From Halomicronema hongdechloris C2206 (GTDB lineage: Bacteria > Cyanobacteriota > Cyanobacteriia > Phormidesmidales > Phormidesmidaceae): a DNA stretch of 32,000 bases. The notes beneath the pieces are model-generated. The model did not search any database, was not told the origin of the DNA, and saw only the letters and a program-made list of their open reading frames with translations. The stretch covers positions 3,060,001 through 3,092,000 of the forward strand of contig NZ_CP021983.2 of the NCBI RefSeq assembly GCF_002075285.3, given 5' to 3'. The position numbers were made by a program, and so were the translations under genes. This document shows positions 8,951 through 17,916 of this stretch, one piece after another; the first letter of the stretch is position 1; every line of letters begins with the position of its first letter.

Positions 8951-8992
8951 CTCTTCCCTCTTCCCTCTTCCCTCTTCCCTCTTCCCTCCTCC
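8951..8992 (+). repeat. Heptanucleotide tandem array (CTCTTCC x5 perfect plus 1 degenerate)
   Basis: Read directly: five perfect CTCTTCC units at 8951-8985, then CTCCTCC. The array is embedded in a ~94-nt polypyrimidine tract (8921-9014). Confidence 0.9.
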
Positions 8993-9047
8993 CCATCACT
9001 CCATCCTCCATCCCAGATAATAGGGAAGGGAGCAAGGAGACTCGCTT

Positions 9048-9884
9048 GTGGCGTCGGATATTCAGTTAATAGTTCTCGATATCGATGGCACCTTGGCTGG
9101 AGCCAATAATCAGGTATCCAAGCCTGTCAAACAGGCCTTGGCAGCGGCTCAGCAACAGGGTATTGCCGTAGCCATTGCCACGGGTCGCATGTACTGTGCT
9201 GCCGTACGCTTTCACCAGGCTATTGCCTCCTCTCTACCACTGTTGGCCTACCAAGGGGCCTTGATCAAGGATCCTCGCGGTGGTCGGGTCTACCGCCACA
9301 GTCCCTTACCCCGGAACCTAGCCCTGACCCTATTGGACGAACTGGCCCCCTGGGAAACCCAACAGGCCATATCCATCCATCTCTACATCGACGACCAATT
9401 GCACGTCCGCCAGATTCTCAGCGAAACCGAAGCCTATGCTGCCCGTTCTGGTATCCAACCTCTGGCCGTAGGAGACTTGAAGCAACTGCTGCTGCAACGG
9501 CCCCAATTGCAGACCACCAAACTCCTGGCCCAGAGCCCCAATCCCATCACTGTCTCCCAGCTGCTCGCTGCCCTGCGACCTCGCTATGCCACCAACGCCC
9601 TCTACCTGACCCAATCGGTGCAGACCTTCTTGGAAGCTACCAGCCCCATGGCTAATAAAGGGGCAGCAGTGCGGTACTTAGCCGAAACCCTATTGCAGCT
9701 ACGGCCTCAGCAGGTGATGGCCATCGGTGATAATTTCAATGATTTAGAGATGATTCAGTATGCTGGCATCGGCATTGCCATGGCTGATGCTCCCTTGGTG
9801 GTGCAGCAACAGGCTGACTGGGTTGCCCCCAGCGTCGAAGCCGATGGCGTAGCGACTGCCATCGAGCACTTCTTGCTAACTTAG
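9048..9884 (+). CDS. Cof-type HAD-IIB family hydrolase (sugar-phosphate phosphatase-like)
   Basis: The HAD motifs are present: motif I LDIDGTL, ATGR, and motif IV GDNFNDLEM. GTG start, with AAGGAG 8 nt upstream. Confidence 0.85.
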   Translation: MASDIQLIVLDIDGTLAGANNQVSKPVKQALAAAQQQGIAVAIATGRMYCAAVRFHQAIASSLPLLAYQGALIKDPRGGRVYRHSPLPRNLALTLLDELAPWETQQAISIHLYIDDQLHVRQILSETEAYAARSGIQPLAVGDLKQLLLQRPQLQTTKLLAQSPNPITVSQLLAALRPRYATNALYLTQSVQTFLEATSPMANKGAAVRYLAETLLQLRPQQVMAIGDNFNDLEMIQYAGIGIAMADAPLVVQQQADWVAPSVEADGVATAIEHFLLT

Positions 9885-10189
9885 AATGACTGACTTAGGG
9901 GTAGGAATGCGGTCGGGCCTGAGCCGGCGTTTTGAAGCGCGTTGATTAAAATCTGCGTTTAAACGTCAGAAAGGGCACCGACGACTGGCCGTGTTTCGTC
10001 TCGATGCCCTTGCTGGTTCGCTCCTCACACACAACTCAAGTATAGGCAATGGCAATGGGTTTGTCACCCCCTCGGTGGCGAAGGAATCGTTAAATAATCC
10101 TTATTTTCTCTATTAGCCTCCCTAACGACCGCGCTGAAGCCGGGCTAGCTGCTGCTCGGCCAACGCTCAGCATCAGGCTGTTCAAACTG

Positions 10190-11131
10190 CTAGAGGCTGC
10201 GGGGGGCAGGCAGTCCGGCTTGGTCTAGCAGTCGCTGTAAACTGCGTTGACTGGCCGCCACCATCCCCAGGTAATAGTGGCGTTGGGCTGAGGGGGCTTG
10301 GGGCCACTGCCAGGCGGTGGCCTCCCAGTCATAGAGCTGCTCAGCCAGATAGAGGCCGTGGCGACCGCGATGGCGGTTAGGATCGGCGGTAGCTAGGGTA
10401 TCCACGAGTCTACTCAATCGGTGTAAGACTCCCTGGGCCACTGGGGGCAGCGGCTGGGGTGGTGATGGCAAAGGGGGAAGAGCGATGGCTGGCCAGCGAC
10501 CTGACGTTTCCATGGGGGCTAGGTCGTCCAGCCCACCCATTTGGTGTCCCTGCCGCAACAGGCGCCAGCAACTGGCATGGCTATGCTGCAGCAAGGCGAG
10601 CTCCGATAGGTGTAGCTTTTTGGCTAGGGGGCTACTATCGCAGGGCAGGGGCAGGGGCCATTGGTGTTGTAGAGCTGGCTCCGGGGGGGCCTTGTACACT
10701 GCCTCTAACCAACTGGCTAATTCAGCAGCGGTGAGACAATATTGCAACCAACCCTCCCCCTTGACTTGGGGGACCAGCGCCACTTGGAGCGGGGGCGCTA
10801 CCAGGGACATGGACGCCAGGGTGGTCTGCAGGGCTTGGGCCACGGCCATCGGGGGCCAAGGGCCAAGGGCGGCTACGGCATGGGCCACCGCAGAAGTGTA
10901 GGTGAGGCCCGGGCCTGGGACGTCCAGATGTAGGGGAATGGAGCCAGAATGAGTGCCGATATCGGCCTGGCTGATGAGGGCCACTGCCGCCGAGTCTAGC
11001 CGTAGGATTGCCGCAGGCAGGGCCTGATGTAGTGCGTTTTGCAACATGCGTTTGAGGGATATAGATACCATCGCTACTGTCATCGCCATCGCAGTGGACC
11101 GCAGACTCCTGCTAGGGGATTGAATCGTCAC
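10190..11131 (-). CDS. Stand-alone DALR-like anticodon-binding domain protein (hypothetical)
   Basis: The C-terminus (LYLAEQLYDWE...RHYYLGMVAASQRSLQRLLDQAGLPAPRSL) resembles the C-terminal DALR helix bundle of arginyl-tRNA synthetase. No class I catalytic motifs (HIGH, KMSK) are present. An alternative start is ATG 11047 (MLQNALHQAL). Confidence 0.45.
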   Translation of the reverse strand: MTIQSPSRSLRSTAMAMTVAMVSISLKRMLQNALHQALPAAILRLDSAAVALISQADIGTHSGSIPLHLDVPGPGLTYTSAVAHAVAALGPWPPMAVAQALQTTLASMSLVAPPLQVALVPQVKGEGWLQYCLTAAELASWLEAVYKAPPEPALQHQWPLPLPCDSSPLAKKLHLSELALLQHSHASCWRLLRQGHQMGGLDDLAPMETSGRWPAIALPPLPSPPQPLPPVAQGVLHRLSRLVDTLATADPNRHRGRHGLYLAEQLYDWEATAWQWPQAPSAQRHYYLGMVAASQRSLQRLLDQAGLPAPRSL

Positions 11132-11464
11132 CGATCTGTCTCAGATGAATTACTGGCAGTGATTTGGTTAATAAATATCCACAGCCAGGAGAGATCAGGG
11201 AAAAATTACGGAGTCTTTGGTTTAGTATTAAGGGGTTTAGCGCGTTGCTGGCCCTGCTGCTAGTTGCTCGTAGCTAAGATCTGTACTCCATTTCGGTACG
11301 GGAGCATGTTCCTGGCATTCTACTCTAGCCGTATGCTAGCCATGGTCAGTGCCATCTATCCTGCCCGAAATCTGGTGTGTTTCCTGCCAATGTTGCATTA
11401 GGAGCTAATGTGACGATCCTTACGTCTGTTCCCGTCATTGCAGTATCACCCAGTATGTTTGGCC

Positions 11465-12166
11465 ATGTATCCACTGACGCCGTCTGACTATGCCCGGCCG
11501 TTTTTGACCTGGCAACGGATTGCTGACTGGGCCCAGAAGCACTATCGCTCTCGCACCTTTAGTAAAGACGAACGGATTCCGGTTCGGACTGGCTTGTTGT
11601 ATTTGGTGGAACGGGGGGCAGTGCGGCTGGTCAGTGATGCTCATGTCATTGCCAGTCAGCGGTCTCAAGAGCCCTCTGAATCCCTGGCGGAGGCGGCTAA
11701 TGAAGAGGCCTTCTTGGGATTCGTTGGGGCCGGGCAACCGTTTGAAATCATTGCTCAGTCTCCGTTTGCCTTGCAGAGCTACGCCCACGTCGATCAAACC
11801 AGTGTGCTCTGGATGTATTGGCAAGACCTCGACAATTGGCCCCATTTTCGTCGGGAAGTGCTGGATGCCTTTCGCTACCAGCATCAACGGAAATTGCTCT
11901 GGCTCAGTACCTTGGGCCAGCGGCGCACCATCGATCGGCTACTGGGGTTTTTGATTTTGTTGATTGAGGAGTTTGGCCAACCCTATGAGGGGGGCTATTA
12001 CTTACCCTGGAGCTTGACCCATGCTCAGATTGGCAGTGCTATTGGCTCCACTCGGGTGACGGTGACTCGCTTGATGGGGAAGTTGCGCCAACAGGGGCTG
12101 ATTCGACTCTACAAAGATGGGCTCTTGGCTATCCCCGCCGATATCGTGCAACAACAACAGGCCTAA
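11465..12166 (+). CDS. Crp/Fnr family transcriptional regulator
   Basis: C-terminal HTH LTHAQIGSAIGSTRVTVTRLMGKLRQQGLI and an N-terminal beta-roll-like effector domain. ATG at 11465; the track ORF starts at TTG 11438. Confidence 0.8.
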   Translation: MYPLTPSDYARPFLTWQRIADWAQKHYRSRTFSKDERIPVRTGLLYLVERGAVRLVSDAHVIASQRSQEPSESLAEAANEEAFLGFVGAGQPFEIIAQSPFALQSYAHVDQTSVLWMYWQDLDNWPHFRREVLDAFRYQHQRKLLWLSTLGQRRTIDRLLGFLILLIEEFGQPYEGGYYLPWSLTHAQIGSAIGSTRVTVTRLMGKLRQQGLIRLYKDGLLAIPADIVQQQQA

Positions 12167-12190
12167 GTGTGGGGCCTCGATATCCAGGGC

Positions 12191-13609
12191 TCACAGCAGG
12201 TGGGAAATCAAGTGGTAAATCAGGCGGTAGAGGGTTGCGATCGCAACTGTCCCCAGAGCCGCCATAATGGCCAAAGCCACCACGGCTTGCCCCGGAGCGC
12301 TCAACCCGGCCAGAACCAAGCGCAACGGCGGGAACCACAACACCACCCCCAGGGTTACTGCGGCAATAATGATCAGATCGACACGCTCGATCACCCGTCG
12401 CCACTGCAGTGCGACTAACCCGGCCAATAGCAACAACCAGGCGCCACTCCCTAACCAAGTGGTGCCTAGGGTACTGGCTAGAGCCAAGGCTAGGAGGCTG
12501 CCTTCAAATCCGGTGAAGGCGGCTCCACCGAGAAACTCAACCAGAGAGAAAGAAGAAGTAGAACGGCGGCGGGATGGGGGAGGCGGAGTCGGGGGTGCAG
12601 TCTTCCCGGACGGACTAGGAGCCTGGGCTGGGGCTGACTTAGTAGTAGAAGGCTGCAGAGTAGTGGAGAGCTTGGGAGGCTGCAGAGCGACCAGGGCATC
12701 CTCAGCACTGGCATAGCGCTGCTGGGGATCTGCCATCAACATCTGCTGCAGCACTATTTTCAGCGACGGGGTCACCTGCAGCTGAGGCGGCCACTGCCAG
12801 CGGTTTTGGTAGGGATCGTATAATTGCTTTGGCTCCTGAGCGGTAAGTAACTCTAAGCAGGTCACCGCCAGGGCATAGAGATCTGTCGCGGGGTACACCG
12901 TCCCCCCAGCCATTTGCTCTGGTGGCGCGTAGCCGGTCGAATAAATGCTAGTAGACTGAGGGGCTGCTGCCGTGGCCTGCTTCACCGCGCCAAAATCCAG
13001 CAAGAATAAGCGGCCATCTCGCCGCCGCATGATATTAGAGGGCTTGATATCCCGATGGATGGTGCCATGGCGGTGGACAAAGGCCAACACCTTTAGCATT
13101 GATGTCAGCATTGCCTGCACCTCCGCCTCAGGGCGAGGCCCTTGTTGCGCCAGAATCTGGCCTAGATCCTGGCCATCGATAAATTCTTGCACTAGATAGA
13201 AATATTCCTCCGTCCGGGTGCCGGGCCCCCCAGCCACCTGCAAAGGAAAAAAGGCATACAAATCAGGAATTTGAGGATGCTGATTTCCCAACTCTTCTAA
13301 GACCATCGCCTCACGCTCGAATAGGGTCTGAGCCACCTGCAATGTCTGGGGCGTCATGGAGGTAGCCGGTTGAAATAACTTCACCACGCAGGGTCGCTGG
13401 GTCGGGGTGTAACGATCTCGCGCCCAAAAGGTAGCACCAAACCCGCCTCGTCCCAAGGTCCGCTGGGGAATATAGCGCCCTGCCAAGATCAGGGGCATAC
13501 CACAGCTGGTGCAATATTTCTGGGGTAGAGTTTTGAGGGTTGCCTGCGTGAGCTTAGGAAACCAATTGACAGGCTTAGAGCAACCGGGACGGGTGCAGTA
13601 AATCTCCAT
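12191..13609 (-). CDS. Ser/Thr protein kinase with N-terminal 4-Cys zinc ribbon and C-terminal multi-pass membrane region
   Basis: The zinc ribbon is CTRPGC...CTSCG. The Hanks kinase motifs are GRGGFGATFWA, VVKLF, HRDIKPSNIM, LDFGAV and YAPPE. A Pro/Ser-rich linker (PPTPPPPSRRR) follows, then about 4 hydrophobic helices. The start is set at Met15 (ATG 13609). Confidence 0.85.
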   Translation of the reverse strand: MEIYCTRPGCSKPVNWFPKLTQATLKTLPQKYCTSCGMPLILAGRYIPQRTLGRGGFGATFWARDRYTPTQRPCVVKLFQPATSMTPQTLQVAQTLFEREAMVLEELGNQHPQIPDLYAFFPLQVAGGPGTRTEEYFYLVQEFIDGQDLGQILAQQGPRPEAEVQAMLTSMLKVLAFVHRHGTIHRDIKPSNIMRRRDGRLFLLDFGAVKQATAAAPQSTSIYSTGYAPPEQMAGGTVYPATDLYALAVTCLELLTAQEPKQLYDPYQNRWQWPPQLQVTPSLKIVLQQMLMADPQQRYASAEDALVALQPPKLSTTLQPSTTKSAPAQAPSPSGKTAPPTPPPPSRRRSTSSFSLVEFLGGAAFTGFEGSLLALALASTLGTTWLGSGAWLLLLAGLVALQWRRVIERVDLIIIAAVTLGVVLWFPPLRLVLAGLSAPGQAVVALAIMAALGTVAIATLYRLIYHLISHLL

Positions 13610-13680
13610 TGCACTGGGAAACGACCAAACAGCAGCAGACGACAGTAGCAAGTAACGAGTAACGAGTAGTTGATTTGCTC

Positions 13681-13736
13681 TTCACCCTTCACTCTTCACC
13701 CTTCACCCTTCACTCTTCACCCTTCACCCTTCACCT
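13681..13736 (+). repeat. Heptanucleotide tandem array (TTCACCC/TTCACTC, 8 units, 21-nt superperiod)
   Basis: Read directly: TTCACCC TTCACTC TTCACCC TTCACCC TTCACTC TTCACCC TTCACCC TTCACCT. The array lies between the rbcR stop (13747) and the kinase start (13609). It is preceded by GTAACGA x2 (13651-13664). Confidence 0.9.
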
Positions 13737-13746
13737 TCCCACTCTC

Positions 13747-14784
13747 TTACTCCCCCGATACCCCATCCTCCGAAGAAGACACCTCTGCCGTTGCTGCCGC
13801 TGCAGTCTCCAGAACTGCCCCATTTTTCTGGGCAGAGGCCAACTTCTTCGTCAATTCTAGGGGGTGGTTGGTGAACTGGGGTAAAATCTCCTGGGTAAAG
13901 GCTTCGGCGGCCTTGGAGCGATAGCGATTGGGATTGAAAATCACCGACAGGGTGCGGTTGACCACAATGGAATCAATGGTGGCCCGGTGCAACACTCCCA
14001 TCTGCAGTTCCTTTTCAATGGCCGAAATAGATACAAAGGCTACGCCCAACCCCGATTGCACTGCTGTTTTGATGGCTTCAATGGAGTTGAGTTCCATTTC
14101 GATGGTCAATCGTCGGGTGTCAATGCCGCTACGACTTAACACCTGATCGATGACCTTGCGGATGGTGGATTGGGAGTCGAGGGCAATGAATTGCAGCTTG
14201 TAAAGGTCGTCCCGCTGGATCTGGCCGCTACTGGCCAGGGGATGGAAGACCGGCATGATCAAGGCCAGCTCATCTTCAGCGTAGGGCAAGATCTGTAAGG
14301 AATCCTGCAATTCTGGGGGCACCTCGCCGCCAATAATAGCTAAATCCACCTGACCGTTGGCCACACTCCAGGAGGTGCGGCGAGTGGAATGCACATGTAG
14401 TTGCACCGTCACATCGGGATAGTGCTGGCGAAACATGCCAATCATGCGAGGCAGCAGATAGGTGCCTGTTGTCTGGCTGGCGCCGACGATCAAGGTGCCT
14501 CCCTGCAAGTTTTGTAGGTCTTCGATAGCCCGGCAGGTTTCTTGGCACAGGCTAAGGATGCGATCGCCATAACTGAGGAGCAGGTGTCCGGCTTCGGTCA
14601 GTTGAGCCCGACGACCGCCCCGATCAAACAGGGGCACATCCAGCTGACGTTCTAGATTTTGAACCTGCAGACTGACAGCCGGCTGTGATACATACAGGCT
14701 GTCGGCAGCCCGCTTGAAGCTTCCCTCAGCCGCGATGGCTTTGAGAATTCGGAGTTGATCTAGAGTAAATGGAAGGTCAGACAT
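13747..14784 (-). CDS. rbcR: LysR-family transcriptional regulator, RbcR/Ycf30 type
   Basis: The N-terminus [48 protein letters not shown] matches the highly conserved Ycf30/RbcR HTH of cyanobacteria and plastids. A LysR substrate-binding domain follows. Confidence 0.8.
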   Translation of the reverse strand: MSDLPFTLDQLRILKAIAAEGSFKRAADSLYVSQPAVSLQVQNLERQLDVPLFDRGGRRAQLTEAGHLLLSYGDRILSLCQETCRAIEDLQNLQGGTLIVGASQTTGTYLLPRMIGMFRQHYPDVTVQLHVHSTRRTSWSVANGQVDLAIIGGEVPPELQDSLQILPYAEDELALIMPVFHPLASSGQIQRDDLYKLQFIALDSQSTIRKVIDQVLSRSGIDTRRLTIEMELNSIEAIKTAVQSGLGVAFVSISAIEKELQMGVLHRATIDSIVVNRTLSVIFNPNRYRSKAAEAFTQEILPQFTNHPLELTKKLASAQKNGAVLETAAAATAEVSSSEDGVSGE

Positions 14785-15273
14785 AAAAACTAACCCGAAA
14801 CATTAGAACACCCACCAAACGCATAACTTCAGAGCATTAGAGCGTCTTGACGTCAGGTAAGGACAGGGTAAGGACTGCCGCAGGCGTGGAATTGATGGTA
14901 ACGCTGGCATCAGCGTTATCCAGACACCTGAGCCAGGGTTGCCTAGACACTGTCATAGGCTGTGAGCCCAAGGCAACTGACTCCCCTGTTTAGGATCGTT
15001 AGTGTTTAACCTCAACAATAGATACTCCACGATTTGATAAAGGATTACAAACGATCCGCACTCCCTAGATTACTTGCTTGCGGCGATCTCCTGAAATAAA
15101 CCTGCCTAAGTCCCGCCATAAGTTGACCGAATTGTTGAGGAATAGTTGAGGTGCTAAGGGGGCTAAAGCACACCCCTCCCGCAAGTCCCAGGAGACGTAG
15201 CGCAGCTGTGGGGTATGGAACTTCTGCTAAGGTATTTCAAAAGACTTGTACCGGGAATTGCCCTCGGTTGCCT

Positions 15274-16350
15274 ATGTCGCGTTCCCTGAGATTGAGTCCT
15301 AGACAACAACATGTACTCTGGGCAACTGTGCGCCACTACGTTGCCACGGCAGAACCGGTAGGATCCAAGGCCCTGGTTCAAGAATATAACCTGTCGGTGA
15401 GTCCAGCCACGATTCGTAACGCCATGGGAGCACTGGAACGGTCGGGGCTGCTGTATCAACCCCATACCTCGGCAGGGCGGGTGCCTTCGGACTCTGGATA
15501 TCGACTGTATGTGGATCGCCTGATGCAGCCGTCAGAGGAATTAGCCCGTCAGGTGGATTCCCGCTTCAGCAGCGATCTCAATTGGCCCGCCTGGAGTCTA
15601 GAGGCGTTGCTCAAGGGAGCGGCCCAGGTGCTGGCTACCCTGAGTGGTTACTTGGCCGTGATCACCGTGCCCCAGACTAGCATGGCCTTGATCCGCCATC
15701 TACAGCTAATTCGGGTAGAGTCAGGGCAGATTCTATTGTTGGTGTTGCTCGATTCTCTAGCGACTCAGTCTATGGTGCTGCCGTTGCCTCAGCCTGGCAA
15801 TGCTGAGGAGGCCGGCTTAGAGGCCCTAGATCGAGAGTTACAGATTCTCTCTAATTTTCTGACCCATCATCTGCGGGGGCGGCTCTTGTCTGAGATTACC
15901 ACCCTGGATTGGAGCGAGTTGGACCGAGAGTTCCAGCGCTATGCCGATGCCCTACGAGAGGCCATGTTGGAGTTGGCTCGCCATACTGAGGTCTTGGCTC
16001 CAACTCAGCTCATTGTTAGCGGCTTGGCTGAGGTGTTGCGGCAGCCGGAATTCTCTGAGTCTCAGCAGTTGCAGGCCATTTTACACCTGTTGGAAGAAGA
16101 GCAGTCTCAACTGTGGTCCCTAATTGGAAAATCATCGCCGGCGGTGGAGGCGTCTCGGTTGCAGGTTTGGATTGGCTCGGAAAATCCCCTGGAACCAATG
16201 CAGGGGTGTGCCTTGGTTTCGTCCACCTATGTTAAGGATGAACGGCCCATCGGCAGTGTCAGTCTGCTGGGGCCTACCCGCATGATGTATGAAAATGTGG
16301 TGGCTGTGGTGGAGGCGGCGGCGGACTATCTATCTACCACCTTGAATTAA
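15274..16350 (+). CDS. hrcA: Heat-inducible transcription repressor HrcA
   Basis: [75 protein letters not shown] is the canonical HrcA N-terminal winged helix. The start is set at Met42 of the track ORF (ATG 15274). Confidence 0.85.
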   Translation: MSRSLRLSPRQQHVLWATVRHYVATAEPVGSKALVQEYNLSVSPATIRNAMGALERSGLLYQPHTSAGRVPSDSGYRLYVDRLMQPSEELARQVDSRFSSDLNWPAWSLEALLKGAAQVLATLSGYLAVITVPQTSMALIRHLQLIRVESGQILLLVLLDSLATQSMVLPLPQPGNAEEAGLEALDRELQILSNFLTHHLRGRLLSEITTLDWSELDREFQRYADALREAMLELARHTEVLAPTQLIVSGLAEVLRQPEFSESQQLQAILHLLEEEQSQLWSLIGKSSPAVEASRLQVWIGSENPLEPMQGCALVSSTYVKDERPIGSVSLLGPTRMMYENVVAVVEAAADYLSTTLN

Positions 16351-16368
16351 GCAGGGGTAAAGCCTGGG

Positions 16369-16944
16369 CTAGCGACGGCTGAGCCAACGGGCGGCAATGA
16401 TGCCCCCGATCAGACCGAAAAGATGGCCTTCCCAGGAAACACCGGTCTGGGTGGGCAATATGCCCCAGATGATGCTGCCATAGAGGAAAAACACCAGAAT
16501 CGCCATTGCGATCGCAACTAGGCTGCGCTCAAAATAGCTCCGCATCATCAGAAAGCCAAAGTAGCCAAAAATCAGGGTGCTGGCGCCGATATGCACCGAC
16601 CCCGTAGCTCCCACTAACCAGATTCCTAGCCCGCCCACTAGCATCACCACCAGGCTCACCAGCCAAAAATCTCGAATCTGTCGCAGCATGATCAGCCAAG
16701 CCAGGGTCACCAGGGGTATGGTGTTGGCAATCAGGTGAGTCCAACTGCCATGGAGAAACGGGGCCAGCAGAATGCCCCGCAGGCCCATCCAGGTGCGGGG
16801 ATGGATACCATAGGCCCTCAAATCTCGAGGAAGCAGCCAATCCACGCCATGAACCAGCCATATCACTATCACCAGTCCCCCCAGGATCAAGACCTGAGCC
16901 TGCAGTTCGCTCCAGAGGGTGCCATCGTCGTTAGGGTTAGTCAT
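16369..16944 (-). CDS. Rhomboid family intramembrane serine protease
   Basis: Six TM helices, with the HGSWTHLIANT motif and the catalytic GASTLIFGYFG (GxSxxxF) motif. ATG at 16944; the track uses TTG 16950. Confidence 0.85.
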   Translation of the reverse strand: MTNPNDDGTLWSELQAQVLILGGLVIVIWLVHGVDWLLPRDLRAYGIHPRTWMGLRGILLAPFLHGSWTHLIANTIPLVTLAWLIMLRQIRDFWLVSLVVMLVGGLGIWLVGATGSVHIGASTLIFGYFGFLMMRSYFERSLVAIAMAILVFFLYGSIIWGILPTQTGVSWEGHLFGLIGGIIAARWLSRR

Positions 16945-17163
16945 CGGCAAGTCGGTTAGCAGTAGGCCAAAGGCAGCTGGTCATGTATGGCTTGCGGCCA
17001 GGCCTCGGCCTGAGCTCTCGGCCGAACGGCTACGCCAAGGGCGTTAACGGTGCTATATGACAGGCTGCCTGCCATTCACCCTAGATTTACCGGAAGTTCA
17101 CGGCTAACTCCCGATCTAGATGTCACACTAAACAATGAAAGAACAGCATTCCTACTCCCTCAG

Positions 17164-17760
17164 GTGTTCATCACAGAACTGTTAGCAGTTCTCTCGATTG
17201 GGGCAGCCACTGGCCTTCGGCTAGCCATGCCTTTGCTGCTGATTGGGCTACTCTCGGGAGAGCAACTCTGGTCTAATGTACCGCTCTTGGCTCACCTACC
17301 GCCTCAATTGGTGATTGGGATTTTGGCTGCTTGGTCCTTGGCCGAGTTGGTGTTATCGAAGGATCGCCCTAGTCAGCGACTGTTTCAGCTGACGGAGTTG
17401 GTCCTGAGCCCGGTAGTCGGGCTGCTGGCCGGTATTGCAGTGGCCCGCACTGCTGCCTTGCAGGGTTGGCTGCTGGTGCTGGTGGCAGGAGTGGCCACGC
17501 TACTGGCCTTAGTCATTCATCTGGTGCAGCTGGGCTGGTTCTATCGGCCTCAACCGCCTCGGCTTTGGGTGCTGGTGGCCGAGGATTTTCTCTGTATTGG
17601 GTTGGTCTTCTCGGCCTTTGATGCCCCTCAACACGGCGGCATTATTGCCCTGTTGCTGCTGTGGCTAGTGATCCGCACCTCTACGGCCTGGCGACAGTGG
17701 TATGGTCGCCCCCTACAGCGCTCGCAGCGCCGCCGCAAGCGCCTGCGGCCCCAAGATTGA
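17164..17760 (+). CDS. DUF4126-like integral membrane protein
   Basis: Hydrophobic multi-pass protein (ELLAVLSIGAATGLRLAMPLLLIGLL...) with a basic C-terminal tail. The start is uncertain: GTG 17164 is chosen, and the ORF is open from GTG 17050. Confidence 0.55.
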   Translation: MFITELLAVLSIGAATGLRLAMPLLLIGLLSGEQLWSNVPLLAHLPPQLVIGILAAWSLAELVLSKDRPSQRLFQLTELVLSPVVGLLAGIAVARTAALQGWLLVLVAGVATLLALVIHLVQLGWFYRPQPPRLWVLVAEDFLCIGLVFSAFDAPQHGGIIALLLLWLVIRTSTAWRQWYGRPLQRSQRRRKRLRPQD

Positions 17761-17916
17761 GACGGCGGCAGCGTCGATACTCAGGGCCAGGCGTCAGAGT
17801 CATGAGGTCACCCGACTCCTGGCTAGAATGAGGTCACCTGGGCCAGAACGTATCGTCACCTGGAGGCCACGGCCATGTATCTAGACGCGCCAGTCAAACC
17901 AATCGGTGAGAAACGC

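Noticed and set aside
8951-8992. Whether the short tandem arrays (here and at 13681-13736) could be CRISPR arrays
   Set aside because: The units are 7 nt and contiguous, with no spacers, and there are no cas genes in the window.
8790-9109. Three overlapping ORFs (81, 95 and 60 aa) across the CDF-Cof intergenic region
   Set aside because: They are generated by the polypyrimidine/heptamer tract (peptides such as REEGRGKREEGRG and LFPLPSSLFPLPSS). They are low-complexity artefacts.
11306-11401. 31-codon hydrophobic ORF (MFLAFYSSRMLAMVSAIYPARNLVCFLPMLH) upstream of the Crp-family gene, as a possible leader peptide or small membrane protein
   Set aside because: The only purine-rich stretch (GGGAG) ends 1 nt from the ATG, too close for an RBS. 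I recognise no family and have no other support.
11435-11954. 150-aa minus-strand and 144-aa plus-strand alternative ORFs overlapping the Crp-family gene
   Set aside because: Only the 11465-12166 frame carries the Crp HTH and effector-domain pattern. The others are shadow frames.
13670-13924. 84-aa and 61-aa + strand ORFs reading PFTLHPSPFTLHPSPFT
   Set aside because: They are translations of the TTCACCC heptamer array running into the antisense of the rbcR 3' end, not genes.
15147-15173. GAGGTGCTAA-N5-CTAAAGCAC upstream of hrcA as a possible CIRCE operator
   Set aside because: The CIRCE consensus is TTAGCACTC-N9-GAGTGCTAA. Here the half-sites are in the opposite arrangement, with an insertion, and only 5 bp (GTGCT/AGCAC) are truly complementary.
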